44,959 nucleotides of DNA from NCBI GenBank assembly GCA_022451865.1, contig JAKUNM010000005.1, positions 1-44,959 of the forward strand, given 5' to 3'. Every line of letters begins with the position of its first letter. The stretch's first letter is position 1. The DNA comes from Dehalococcoidia bacterium. GTDB taxonomy: Bacteria; Chloroflexota; Dehalococcoidia; UBA2979. This document shows, one piece after another, positions 20,055-29,287 of the stretch. The position numbers and the translations under genes are program-made. The notes under the pieces are model-generated. The model worked only from the letters and a program-made list of their open reading frames with translations, had not been told where the DNA came from and made no database searches.

Positions 20055-21165
20055 ATGCAAGAAATTGAACAAAAAGTAGCAGAACTTTTGCAAAAAGTCC
20101 GTGACACACAGGTGCGACTTTGACCTTTCTCAACATCAAGACCATTTGGATGAACTGAAGAAAACTGCAGAATCTCCTGATCTGTGGAATGATCGTAATC
20201 ATGCTCAGAATGTGATGAAAGAAATATCGAAACTGGAAGGGGTAATTAATACATGGCAGTCACTCGAACTTAAATTGTCCGAAATTCAAGCTTTACTTTC
20301 TTTAGTTGATGAAGCTCCAACAGATGAACGTGATTTATTACAAGATGAATTAAATGTTGATTTGGATGTAATAAACAAAGAATTTGAATTATTAGAACTA
20401 GGTCTGATTCTAGGTGATGAATACGATGATCGGAATGTTGTTTTTTCTATTCATGCAGGTGCAGGAGGTACAGAAGCACAAGATTGGGCAGAGATGTTAT
20501 TGCGGATGTACTTGCGATGGTCAGGTAATCATGGTTTTAAATCGCAAATTCTCGCAATCAATAGCGGTGATGAAGCAGGCATAAAATCAGTTGAAGTAAA
20601 AATTATGGGTGAAAATGCTTACGGTCTTCTAAAATCAGAAAAAGGTGTACATCGATTAGTTAGAATTTCTCCCTTTGATTCAGCGCATGCAAGGCACACT
20701 AGTTTTGCTCTAGTTGAGACAGTGCCAGAAGCAAGTGACGGAGATATTAATATTGCTATCAATGGCGATGAATTGCGTGTAGATACTTATAGAGCTAGTG
20801 GGAATGGTGGACAGAATGTTCAAAAAAATGACACTGCAGTTCGTATTACTCACCTTCCCACAGGAATTGTTGTGACGTGTCAAAATGAAAGGTCACAATC
20901 ACGAAATCGTGAAAGTGCCTTGAAAGTACTTGAATCTAAATTGTTGAATTTGGAAATTCAAAGAATTGAAGAAGAACGTGCGAAATTAAAAGGAGAGCAT
21001 GTTCAAGCAGGATGGGGTAATCAAATTCGTTCTTATGTATTGCAGCCATATCGAATGGTAAAAGACTTAAGAACTCAAGTTGAAATTAGTGATACAGATA
21101 AAGTATTGGATGGTGACATAGATGAATTCATTGTGGCTTTTTTACGAAGCACTGTAAGTGTGTAA
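20055..21165 (+). CDS. prfB: Peptide chain release factor 2, translated via +1 programmed frameshift
   Basis: ATG 20055 gives MQEIEQKVAELLQKVRDTQVRL then CTT-TGA-C (20118-20124); the +1 frame continues with GAGGTEAQDW, SPF and GGQ motifs. Confidence 0.96.
20110..20124 (+). promoter_or_regulatory. prfB +1 frameshift cassette (internal SD + slippery CTT TGA C)
   Basis: AGGTG-CGA-CTT-TGA-C matches the canonical RF2 autoregulatory site architecture. Confidence 0.93.
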
Positions 21166-21168
21166 TTT

Positions 21169-22575
21169 ATGGTTGAAATTAATAAAGCAAAAATTTTTAA
21201 GTGTGGAGTTAGTTTTTTAATTGGGTTAGTTTTCTATTTATTGTGTTATCAAATACTATTTGCCCAAAGTGCTTCTGTTTCGGGGACTAGTATTCTGACA
21301 CGAGATCCTCTCAATGCTTCATTTGTCATCGATATTGACGATCAGATAACCCCTCAAGAAGTACGTTTTTTCTACAAAATACTTAACCCATATGGTGATA
21401 TAAGTGGTGATGGAATTGCTGAGATAAATAGATCTTCTGATCTTACTTATCAGGCAGTTTTTGCAATGGAGATGATAAGTGCAGATCGTTATATTCCTGT
21501 AGGATCTCATTTGCTAGTGCACTGGGAAATTTATAAAAAAGACGGAGAGAATATTACTACAGAGGAAGAAAGATTAGTTTTTCTTGATGGACGATATGAA
21601 TGGCAATCCTTCTCAGAAGATCGATTTAGTGTTTACTGGTATGGTTCAAAAAACGATGATGCCATGAGAAGTTTCCTTGCTATGAAAAGTGCTATTTTAG
21701 AAACAGAAGCACTTTTGAAAACTAATATTGAATATCCAGTTAAGTTGATAGTGTGGAGATCCCCACGGGAAGGGGAATTGGCTCAGCGTCCTCGTTCTGC
21801 AGTCTATGATTCTAGTGTTACTACCGAAGGTCAAAGAGTAGCTCCTGACTTGATCTTTGCTTTTCAACCTGCTGTAGGTGTTGTTCGTCATGAAGCTGCT
21901 CATCTTGTAACAAAAGTTGCTGGTGATGGCCCATTCACACGTGTGCCTGCTTGGTTGGATGAAGGTACAGCTGTATATATGCAAGGTAATCTTGGTCCGT
22001 ATAAAGGTGCAGTACAACGTGCCATAACTTCAGATAAGACATTAAATCTTCGATCACTGACAGCACCATCGAATGATCCTAATTTAGTTAATCTCTTTTA
22101 TGGCCAATCATGGTCAACGGTTGATTATCTAATTAGTCAAAACGGGGAAGAACTTTTCGCTGAGCTTTTTGCATCGATTAAAGCTGGAAATCCCATTGAT
22201 GATGCACTGAATAAAATTTATGGTTTTGACACTAATGAACTTTATAACCAATGGAGAAATGAGAATGGTCTTGAATCAATAATTTTTAGTTCAATTTCAA
22301 CTTCAAATAATGCGATTAGTGTTCCTGTAGCTACACGTGTTCCCTTAAGTATCCCAACTCAAGTTAATATTGCTCCTAGATCGGGAACTAATAATCCTGC
22401 ACAAGTTGATTTGCCTGAACGCTCAAATACTGAACAAACGCGTGATGAATTGGAAAGTAACTCGATTCAATCAGTGGGGTTAATTATTATAATTACTACT
22501 GTAGTACTGTCTTTATTTTTGGTTATTTTGGGTGTGCTTATTTGGAAGTGGCCAAGTAAAAAGAAACAAACGTAG
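21169..22575 (+). CDS. Exported, membrane-anchored zinc metallopeptidase (peptidase MA-like/gluzincin)
   Basis: N-terminal signal-like segment, HEAAH + WLDEGTAVY, FYGQSWSTVDYL, P/T-rich linker, C-terminal TM helix and basic tail. Confidence 0.82.
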   Translation: MVEINKAKIFKCGVSFLIGLVFYLLCYQILFAQSASVSGTSILTRDPLNASFVIDIDDQITPQEVRFFYKILNPYGDISGDGIAEINRSSDLTYQAVFAMEMISADRYIPVGSHLLVHWEIYKKDGENITTEEERLVFLDGRYEWQSFSEDRFSVYWYGSKNDDAMRSFLAMKSAILETEALLKTNIEYPVKLIVWRSPREGELAQRPRSAVYDSSVTTEGQRVAPDLIFAFQPAVGVVRHEAAHLVTKVAGDGPFTRVPAWLDEGTAVYMQGNLGPYKGAVQRAITSDKTLNLRSLTAPSNDPNLVNLFYGQSWSTVDYLISQNGEELFAELFASIKAGNPIDDALNKIYGFDTNELYNQWRNENGLESIIFSSISTSNNAISVPVATRVPLSIPTQVNIAPRSGTNNPAQVDLPERSNTEQTRDELESNSIQSVGLIIIITTVVLSLFLVILGVLIWKWPSKKKQT

Positions 22576-22579
22576 TCAT

Positions 22580-23425
22580 TTAATTAGGGATAATCAAACC
22601 CCCTGGGCTTGTATTTTCTCCAGTATTTGATCCAACGTTACCTTGTTGCCGTGCTAGTTCTTCGCGAGCTCTTTCAATTGCTTCTTCTTCAGAGATGTAG
22701 GGCACACTCATTATTTTTTCTCGTATAGTTGGTTCGGAATCTCCAGTTATGACTTTGTGTATCTGATTAATCATCGGCTCTAAATCCCAAACACCTGTAA
22801 ACCTTTTATCATTAATGATGATGGTTGGGATTTCAGTTATATTACGTTGTTTCGCCAAGATGGGATATTGAGCTAATTCTATGATTTCTAGTTCTATGAA
22901 TTCGATTTCTGTGGCAAGAGCTCCCAAAAGACGTATCATATGAGGAGAAAATGGGTCAAATGGAGTTACCATAGCTTCAATACGAATTGGGTCTGATATT
23001 GATTGGATTAGAGTCAAGTCTTCATCTGCTAATGGAGAAGTGCCCTGCGATAGAAAACCAATCAGATCGAGCAATGTTGGGAATATTGCTCCTGAGAACA
23101 TTCCACTTAGTTTTATAGATTTCCCTGAGCCACGTAACACTACAGAGGGAGGAAGATTAATATTTGCAGAATCTGCTCTGTCTGAGTGCTCATCAAGATC
23201 ATATTTAGTCAAAGATAATCCTGGGTGCAGACTAACTAATTGCCTGCTAAGCAAGAGTATGTCATCACAGTGTGTACAGGTATCACGATCGGTTCGTATT
23301 AGCCCTGAATCGTTTCTGATCCAGACATCTATACCAACACGGTTAATCATGCGTTCTTGCAGATAGCGGCTTATTTGAAGCGAGTCTGAATTGTCTAGTG
23401 GTCCCGGTATCATATCAGTCATCAC
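22580..23425 (-). CDS. Two-thioredoxin-fold protein (PDO/AhpF-NTD-like)
   Basis: N-unit CTHC; second unit IEAMVTPFDPFSP...NITEIPTIIIND aligns by eye with the VTPTCPYCP..VPxxxIN pattern. Confidence 0.72.
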   Translation of the reverse strand: MMTDMIPGPLDNSDSLQISRYLQERMINRVGIDVWIRNDSGLIRTDRDTCTHCDDILLLSRQLVSLHPGLSLTKYDLDEHSDRADSANINLPPSVVLRGSGKSIKLSGMFSGAIFPTLLDLIGFLSQGTSPLADEDLTLIQSISDPIRIEAMVTPFDPFSPHMIRLLGALATEIEFIELEIIELAQYPILAKQRNITEIPTIIINDKRFTGVWDLEPMINQIHKVITGDSEPTIREKIMSVPYISEEEAIERAREELARQQGNVGSNTGENTSPGGLIIPN

Positions 23426-24005
23426 CTTTTTTGCTGTTTAGAAGTGTTTTAGCCTTAATCAATCTCTGCATACTTGTGATCCAGGTAATTGCAACTAATA
23501 TTAACATAGCGTAGAGCACCAAATTAAAAATTAATGCTATTGCTATGATTATTATTCGTTCCGGACGAGGTGCGAATCCATTATCTAAAGTTACTCCTAG
23601 ACTTTCCCCCCGTGCTCGTATATATGACACCATTAATGATCCACTTAATGCAAAAAAACACAAAATCGCTAACAATTCATCAGGATCATTAATGGCGTAA
23701 ATAAATATTCCACCCAGTATAGCTATCTCAGAAAATCTATCTAATGTTGAATCTAAAATTGCACCGTATTTACTATTTTGTCTTGTTTTGCGAGCTACGG
23801 CTCCATCAAACATATCAAGTCCGCTAAAAAACAAGACAGCGATGCCTCCAATTAAAAAATTTTCGGTGGCGATCATGCAAGCAGCGAATATACTTCCTAA
23901 AAATCCACTTATAGTAAGCATATTAGGTGTAATACCTAGTGAAATTAAAAAATTAACGATCGGATCTATTAAATTTTTTGGGGCTTGTTTCGGAAGTAAT
24001 TGCAT
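23415..24005 (-). CDS. CDP-alcohol phosphatidyltransferase (probable phosphatidylinositol-phosphate synthase)
   Basis: ITPNMLT, DMFDGAVAR...GAILDSTLDR, SYIRARGE, RPERI; adjacent to ino1; start 24005 or 24008. Confidence 0.9.
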   Translation of the reverse strand: MQLLPKQAPKNLIDPIVNFLISLGITPNMLTISGFLGSIFAACMIATENFLIGGIAVLFFSGLDMFDGAVARKTRQNSKYGAILDSTLDRFSEIAILGGIFIYAINDPDELLAILCFFALSGSLMVSYIRARGESLGVTLDNGFAPRPERIIIIAIALIFNLVLYAMLILVAITWITSMQRLIKAKTLLNSKKGDD

Positions 24006-24041
24006 CATTGTTACTATAACTAGATATAGTAATAGTTGAAA
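24006..24041 (-). promoter_or_regulatory. Putative leaderless sigma70-type promoter of the phosphatidyltransferase gene, overlapped by an inverted repeat
   Basis: Minus strand TTTCAA-17-TATAGT-7-ATG(24005); no SD; IR TTACTATA-N6-TATAGTAA at 24011-24032. Confidence 0.5.
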
Positions 24042-24079
24042 TGCCTATGGATCATTTAAAGCATAAATTATCTGTTTTA

Positions 24080-25192
24080 CTAATTATTTTCAGCAATATT
24101 AACAATTGGCGAATCTAAAGCTTCTCCAGAAATAAATGCTTCTACCCCTAGCCTAGCTTCTTCATCACGAATTTGAACTGGTGGTGATTTCATAAAATAA
24201 GCCGAAGGTTCTAACAATGGACCTGACAGACCTCTATCTAAACCTATTTTTGCTAGCCTTATTGCATCGATGACTACACCTGCAGAATTCGGACTGTCCC
24301 AAACTTCTAATTTTGTTTCCAAGTTAAGTGGTACATTCCCAAAAGTAGTTCCCTCTACTCTTATGTGGCACCATTTTCTATCAAGTAGCCAAGGTACATG
24401 ATCTGAAGGGCCAACATGCACATCTGCATCGGGAACATCATATTCTATTTGTGATGTTACAGCATTGGTTTTCGATATTTTCTTAGATTCTAAACGTTCT
24501 CTTTCGAGCATATTTAAGAAATCAGTGTTGCCACCGAAATTCAATTGATAAGTACGATCAATTTGAACACCTCTGTCTTGAAACAATCGAACAAGTAGTC
24601 GATGCAAGATTGTAGCTCCTACTTGAGATTTTATGTCATCTCCTATAATTGGTAAATTCGCTTGCTTGAATCGATTACCCCAATATTCCTCTCTCGCAAT
24701 AAAAACAGGAATACAATTAATGAAAGCACAACCTGCTTGGAGTACCTGTTCAACGTACCATTTTGTGGCTGTTTCAGAACCTACAGGTAAATAATTGATA
24801 ACGACATGTGTATTGGTTTCTTTTAGAATACCTACAATATCATCAGTAGGTCCTTCAGCAGGTGTAATTACGTCGGATAAATATTTCCCTAATCCATCAT
24901 GTGTCATTCCTCTACTTACTTTGACTGATTGTTCTGGAACATCGGTAAATTTGTAAGTATTATTTTGACCACAAAAAATGGCTTCGGAAATATCTTTGCC
25001 GACTTTATCACTGTCTACATCAAATGCCGCAGTGATATTGATATCGCTAATATGATAGTCACCTAATACAGGATGCATTAGACCCGGAATTTTATCCTCT
25101 GCACCAGCTTCTTTATAGAATTCTATTCCTTGCACCAATGAAGATGCACAATTCCCTAAGCCAATGATTGCTACATTAATTTGATCTGCCAT
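24080..25192 (-). CDS. ino1: myo-inositol-1-phosphate synthase
   Basis: [68 protein letters not shown]. Confidence 0.97.
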   Translation of the reverse strand: MADQINVAIIGLGNCASSLVQGIEFYKEAGAEDKIPGLMHPVLGDYHISDINITAAFDVDSDKVGKDISEAIFCGQNNTYKFTDVPEQSVKVSRGMTHDGLGKYLSDVITPAEGPTDDIVGILKETNTHVVINYLPVGSETATKWYVEQVLQAGCAFINCIPVFIAREEYWGNRFKQANLPIIGDDIKSQVGATILHRLLVRLFQDRGVQIDRTYQLNFGGNTDFLNMLERERLESKKISKTNAVTSQIEYDVPDADVHVGPSDHVPWLLDRKWCHIRVEGTTFGNVPLNLETKLEVWDSPNSAGVVIDAIRLAKIGLDRGLSGPLLEPSAYFMKSPPVQIRDEEARLGVEAFISGEALDSPIVNIAENN

Positions 25193-25227
25193 ATTACTCT
25201 TCCATTTTTATTTATTGTTATATATAT

Positions 25228-25236
25228 TGATATAAT
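25228..25236 (+). promoter_or_regulatory. Putative extended -10 for the LysR gene in the divergent ino1/LysR spacer
   Basis: TG-A-TATAAT perfect match; spacer is extremely AT-rich, so it could be chance. Confidence 0.4.
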
Positions 25237-25274
25237 GAATTATATTATATAGTAAAATAAGGAAAACTTATAAT

Positions 25275-26147
25275 ATGGAAAAAGAATCTCCAAATTCTTT
25301 CTTGAAAATTAGTTTTTTACAGTTAATGTATTTTTGCGAAGTGTATCGCTCAGAAAGTGTAACTATCGCTAGCCGGCATCTAGGTGTTAGCCAACCAGCA
25401 CTATCACAAGCTATTTCTGAAATCGAAAAACGTATTCAAGCCCCATTATTTAAGAAAAGAAGTGGTCGCTTTGAATTGACAGGAGTTGGTCAGCATTTTC
25501 TCGATTTTTCGCAAGAAGTACTTCATGCTTCAGGTGAAGTAATTCAGTGGGTTGAAAATTTTAAAAGAGGAGCTGTTGGTAGTTTACGTGTTGGGATGAT
25601 TGATGCAGCTAGCCTCTATTTGATACCAGCTGCGGTTAGAGATTTTCGTAATTTGTATCCTGAAGTTGATTTAAAATTAATCGTCGATCATAGTGCAAAT
25701 TTGTTAGAAAAACTGAGACAGTCTGAAATTGATTTAGCGTTTGTTTTCGGACCAATCGTTGATGATTTTAATGTTACTGAGTTAAGGCAAGAACCACTCT
25801 TTTTATATACTTCAGATGATCAAAAATCTATTGATGATAGTGACTGGTTTCTTTATCCAAATGGTAGACAGACTCGATCATTTATCGATCAAGGTTTGTC
25901 TGCTAGAGGAATCATTCCGCGCGTCGTTTTGGAAAGCGATAGTCCTGAAGTCTTAAAGCAGTTAGTGTATCTTGGAATGGGATGTAGCGTTTTACCTGAA
26001 GGAATTGCTGAAAATGGAATTCATGCTTTGAAGAGATTTGATGATACGCCCGTGGCGATGAGGCCATTGCTGGCATTAAGGAAAATAGGTAAAACTACCA
26101 ATCCTCGTAGTGAAGCTTTTTATCGTTTGGCACTTGATGCTAGCTAA
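25275..26147 (+). CDS. LysR family transcriptional regulator
   Basis: wHTH ASRHLGVSQPALSQAISEIEKRIQAPLF..LTGVG; GSLRVG, EIDLA, GMGCSVLP. Confidence 0.94.
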   Translation: MEKESPNSFLKISFLQLMYFCEVYRSESVTIASRHLGVSQPALSQAISEIEKRIQAPLFKKRSGRFELTGVGQHFLDFSQEVLHASGEVIQWVENFKRGAVGSLRVGMIDAASLYLIPAAVRDFRNLYPEVDLKLIVDHSANLLEKLRQSEIDLAFVFGPIVDDFNVTELRQEPLFLYTSDDQKSIDDSDWFLYPNGRQTRSFIDQGLSARGIIPRVVLESDSPEVLKQLVYLGMGCSVLPEGIAENGIHALKRFDDTPVAMRPLLALRKIGKTTNPRSEAFYRLALDAS

Positions 26148-27067
26148 TCAGGATTAATTACTTTATAAGGATGCCAGCTTTCAGAAGTTTCATTTTTTTT
26201 CACTAATGCGATCAATTCTCCGTTAGGCCCGTAGCATCTTGCTTTGATACTATTCGTCTGTTTGGAAAGAATTTTTGTGTTAGTAAATACTATATTTTGC
26301 CCGTTATATATTCGATTGGCATCACTGGCTCCAATGATAATCGCTGGCCAATGTTCTAAAACTGTATCGATATTTTTAACTATTTCATCTGTAATACCAT
26401 TTTCTAACAGACTTTTTGCACGGTACAGATCGACTGAATTTTCTAATTTAAACATCCCAACTTGTGTACGTGATAATTTTTCTAAATGTGCCCCTGTACC
26501 TAATTTTTTGCCTAAATCATGTGCAAGTGAACGGATATAAAATCCTTTTTCACAAAATATTTCGATTTCTGCAGCTGGATATTGTGGATTATGTGTATCA
26601 AACTTCCTTAGTTTTAATTCTATGGCCCGCACCTTTCTGGGTTGAAGGTCTACTATCCCTCCTTTTCTAGCAATAGAATAAGCTCTCACTCCATTTTTTT
26701 TGATAGCACTATAAGCAGGTGGCACTTGAAAGGTTTCTCCAGAGAAATGTTTCAAATTTTCATTCACCGTAGAACGCGTTAGATTTGATGCATTTTTTTC
26801 AGCAGTTATTATTCCTGAAGAGTCATATGTGTCTGTCGTGATACCGAATCTAATTATACCTTGGTATCTTTTTGTAGAATCGACCAACAAAGGTAGTAAC
26901 CGAGTCGCCTGCCCGACTGCAATAGGCAACACCCCAGTCGCATCAGGATCGAGAGTTCCTGCATGTCCAACCTTTTTAACATTAGTCACCTTCCTAATTT
27001 CTCTGACGACATCAAAAGAAGTTAGATTCTCAGGTTTGTTGATATTGATAAATCCACGTAAATTCAT
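26144..27067 (-). CDS. truB: tRNA pseudouridine(55) synthase
   Basis: KVGHAGTLDPDATGVL, TDTYD, QVPPAYSAIK, KGFYIRSLAHDLG. Confidence 0.97.
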   Translation of the reverse strand: MNLRGFININKPENLTSFDVVREIRKVTNVKKVGHAGTLDPDATGVLPIAVGQATRLLPLLVDSTKRYQGIIRFGITTDTYDSSGIITAEKNASNLTRSTVNENLKHFSGETFQVPPAYSAIKKNGVRAYSIARKGGIVDLQPRKVRAIELKLRKFDTHNPQYPAAEIEIFCEKGFYIRSLAHDLGKKLGTGAHLEKLSRTQVGMFKLENSVDLYRAKSLLENGITDEIVKNIDTVLEHWPAIIIGASDANRIYNGQNIVFTNTKILSKQTNSIKARCYGPNGELIALVKKNETSESWHPYKVINPD

Positions 27068-27432
27068 AATTCTTTTTTTGGACTGATAGATGTATCAATA
27101 GATTTGAAGAGTGTACTTAACTGTTCAGCTTCTTCCATAGAACGATCTTCTATGAAATCTAGCTTAGGGATCCTACGTAGGTGTATTTCTTGTACTAGTT
27201 GGCGGTGTAGGTAAGGGGCACTGTGTTTAAGTGCATCCATTGCTTTAGTACTAATTATGTTATCACCCAATATACTTACATAAATCTTTGCATGACTAAA
27301 ATCTGGTGTAACATCAACACGAGTAATCGAAACCATTGAATTGACAATATCGGGATGTTTTAATTTTCTATCAATCTGCTCAGCAAGCACCTCCTGGATA
27401 AGGTCTGCAACTTTTTCCGTTCGCTTGCTCAT
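27064..27432 (-). CDS. rbfA: Ribosome-binding factor A
   Basis: SITRVDVTPDFSHAKIYVS, LRRIPKLDFIEDRS; lies between infB and truB. Confidence 0.95.
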   Translation of the reverse strand: MSKRTEKVADLIQEVLAEQIDRKLKHPDIVNSMVSITRVDVTPDFSHAKIYVSILGDNIISTKAMDALKHSAPYLHRQLVQEIHLRRIPKLDFIEDRSMEEAEQLSTLFKSIDTSISPKKEL

Positions 27433-27443
27433 ATAAAATTCTA

Positions 27444-29249
27444 CTAACGGATTTGTTTAAGGTGATAGATTATAATTTCGTCACCTTCTTCGAATTCACT
27501 GAATCCATTTACTTGAATTCCACATTCTTGTCCAGTATTAACCTCACGAACATCATCTTCAAATCTCTTTAGACTTACGATGTCACCTTCGTGCACAATA
27601 TCACCATTACGCATTATTCTTGCTTTACTTGAACGTGTTATATTTCCATCTCTTACATAACTTCCTGCTATTGCGTTTCTTCTTCCCTTACGGAATACTT
27701 GACGCACTTCTACAGATGCATCTTGCTCTTCTTCAAAAATTGGATCTAGTAGGCCTTTAACAGCTTGATTAATATCCTGAACGATGTCATATATAATAGT
27801 GTATTCTCGGATCTCAACTTTTTCTTGCTCGGCTAACAAACGGGCTCCATTTTCTATCTGTACATTGAAGCCAATAATGATGCCTTGTGATGCAACAGCA
27901 AGCTGGACATCTGATTCATTTACTGATCCAACGGATGCATGGATGACTCGTGGATTTACATTTTCCTCATTAAGATCTTCAAGTGTTTGGACAAGTGGCT
28001 CTAATGAACCATGCACATCGACCTTCAGTATAATGTGCATATTTTCTATATTTCCTTGATGGATTTCTCCGAATAAGGAATCGAGTGTTACAGTTTCTCT
28101 ACCAGTATTGCCTGCTTCAAAATCTCTCTGACGATCTGTTGCTTCACGTTTTGCTAACTTTTCACTTTCTCTGATTTCGAAACGTTCTCCTGCAAGAGGT
28201 ACAGAGTTTAAGCCAGTGATTTCAACAGGTGTAGATGGCCCAGCAGTTTCTATTCTATTGCCAGAATAATCCGACATTGCACGGATGCGACCACTAGACA
28301 AACCACTAATAATTGCATCTCCTTGATGTAATGTACCTGCTTGTACTAAGACTGTCGCTACAGGACCTTTATGACGATTATTTGATGCTTCTAGGATTAC
28401 TCCTATGGCTGATCGATTAGGATCCGCTTTTGGTTCATCCAAATCAGAGACTAACAATACATTTTCAAGCAATTCCTCTATCCCTGTCCCATCTAATGCA
28501 GAAATTTCGACAACAACTTGCTCTCCTCCAAATTCCTCCGGGACCAAACCTACTTCAGGTAATTGAGCTTTTGTTCTTGCTACATCTGCATTTTCAGTAT
28601 CCACTTTATTAATAGCTATGACCATAGGTACTGCTGCAGCTTTTACATGATCAATAGCCTCACGTGTTTGTGGCATTAAACCGTCATCAGCAGCGATAAC
28701 AATGATTGCAACATCAGTGATCTGTGCACCTCGAGCGCGCATTTCAGTAAATGCTTCATGTCCAGGAGTGTCGATAAATGTAATAATACGACCATCGGAA
28801 TTTTGAGTCTGATATGCCGCAATATGTTGCGTTATACCACCTGCCTCTGCATCAACAATATTTGTACGTCGGATTTGATCTAATAAAGTGGTTTTTCCAT
28901 GGTCGACATGTCCAAGGACTGTCACTACAGGTGGACGAGCAGGGGAATTTAGGTTGCTTTGGTCAATTATTCTCAAGGATGTACTTTTAGCGTTGACTTG
29001 TTCTGTGGAAGATGATTCTGAATAATTTAGCTCTTCTGTTTCTTCTTCTAATTCAAATCCAAGATCTGTTGCAACTATCGCTGCAGTATCAAAATCAATG
29101 ACCTGATTGACATTCGCCATGACACCATTTTTCATGAGCTCTTTGATGATATCTATGGCAGAAATATTAAGGATTTCTGCAAGTTCACCAACTGCTAATG
29201 CTGTCGGAATGCGAACAGTTGAGTTCTCCGTAGGGGTCTCCTGAGCCAT
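27444..29249 (-). CDS. infB: Translation initiation factor IF-2 (short form)
   Basis: [51 protein letters not shown]. Confidence 0.98.
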   Translation of the reverse strand: MAQETPTENSTVRIPTALAVGELAEILNISAIDIIKELMKNGVMANVNQVIDFDTAAIVATDLGFELEEETEELNYSESSSTEQVNAKSTSLRIIDQSNLNSPARPPVVTVLGHVDHGKTTLLDQIRRTNIVDAEAGGITQHIAAYQTQNSDGRIITFIDTPGHEAFTEMRARGAQITDVAIIVIAADDGLMPQTREAIDHVKAAAVPMVIAINKVDTENADVARTKAQLPEVGLVPEEFGGEQVVVEISALDGTGIEELLENVLLVSDLDEPKADPNRSAIGVILEASNNRHKGPVATVLVQAGTLHQGDAIISGLSSGRIRAMSDYSGNRIETAGPSTPVEITGLNSVPLAGERFEIRESEKLAKREATDRQRDFEAGNTGRETVTLDSLFGEIHQGNIENMHIILKVDVHGSLEPLVQTLEDLNEENVNPRVIHASVGSVNESDVQLAVASQGIIIGFNVQIENGARLLAEQEKVEIREYTIIYDIVQDINQAVKGLLDPIFEEEQDASVEVRQVFRKGRRNAIAGSYVRDGNITRSSKARIMRNGDIVHEGDIVSLKRFEDDVREVNTGQECGIQVNGFSEFEEGDEIIIYHLKQIR

Positions 29250-29287
29250 ATAGGTGATCCTTTACACAATACTTAACAACTGTATTT

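Noticed and set aside
20101-20123. prfB as a pseudogene or GTG-started short protein
   Set aside because: Explained by the canonical programmed frameshift
22580-25192. Mycothiol pathway (ino1 + thioredoxin-like + DinB)
   Set aside because: No mshA-D in the window; the adjacent phosphatidyltransferase explains ino1 more simply
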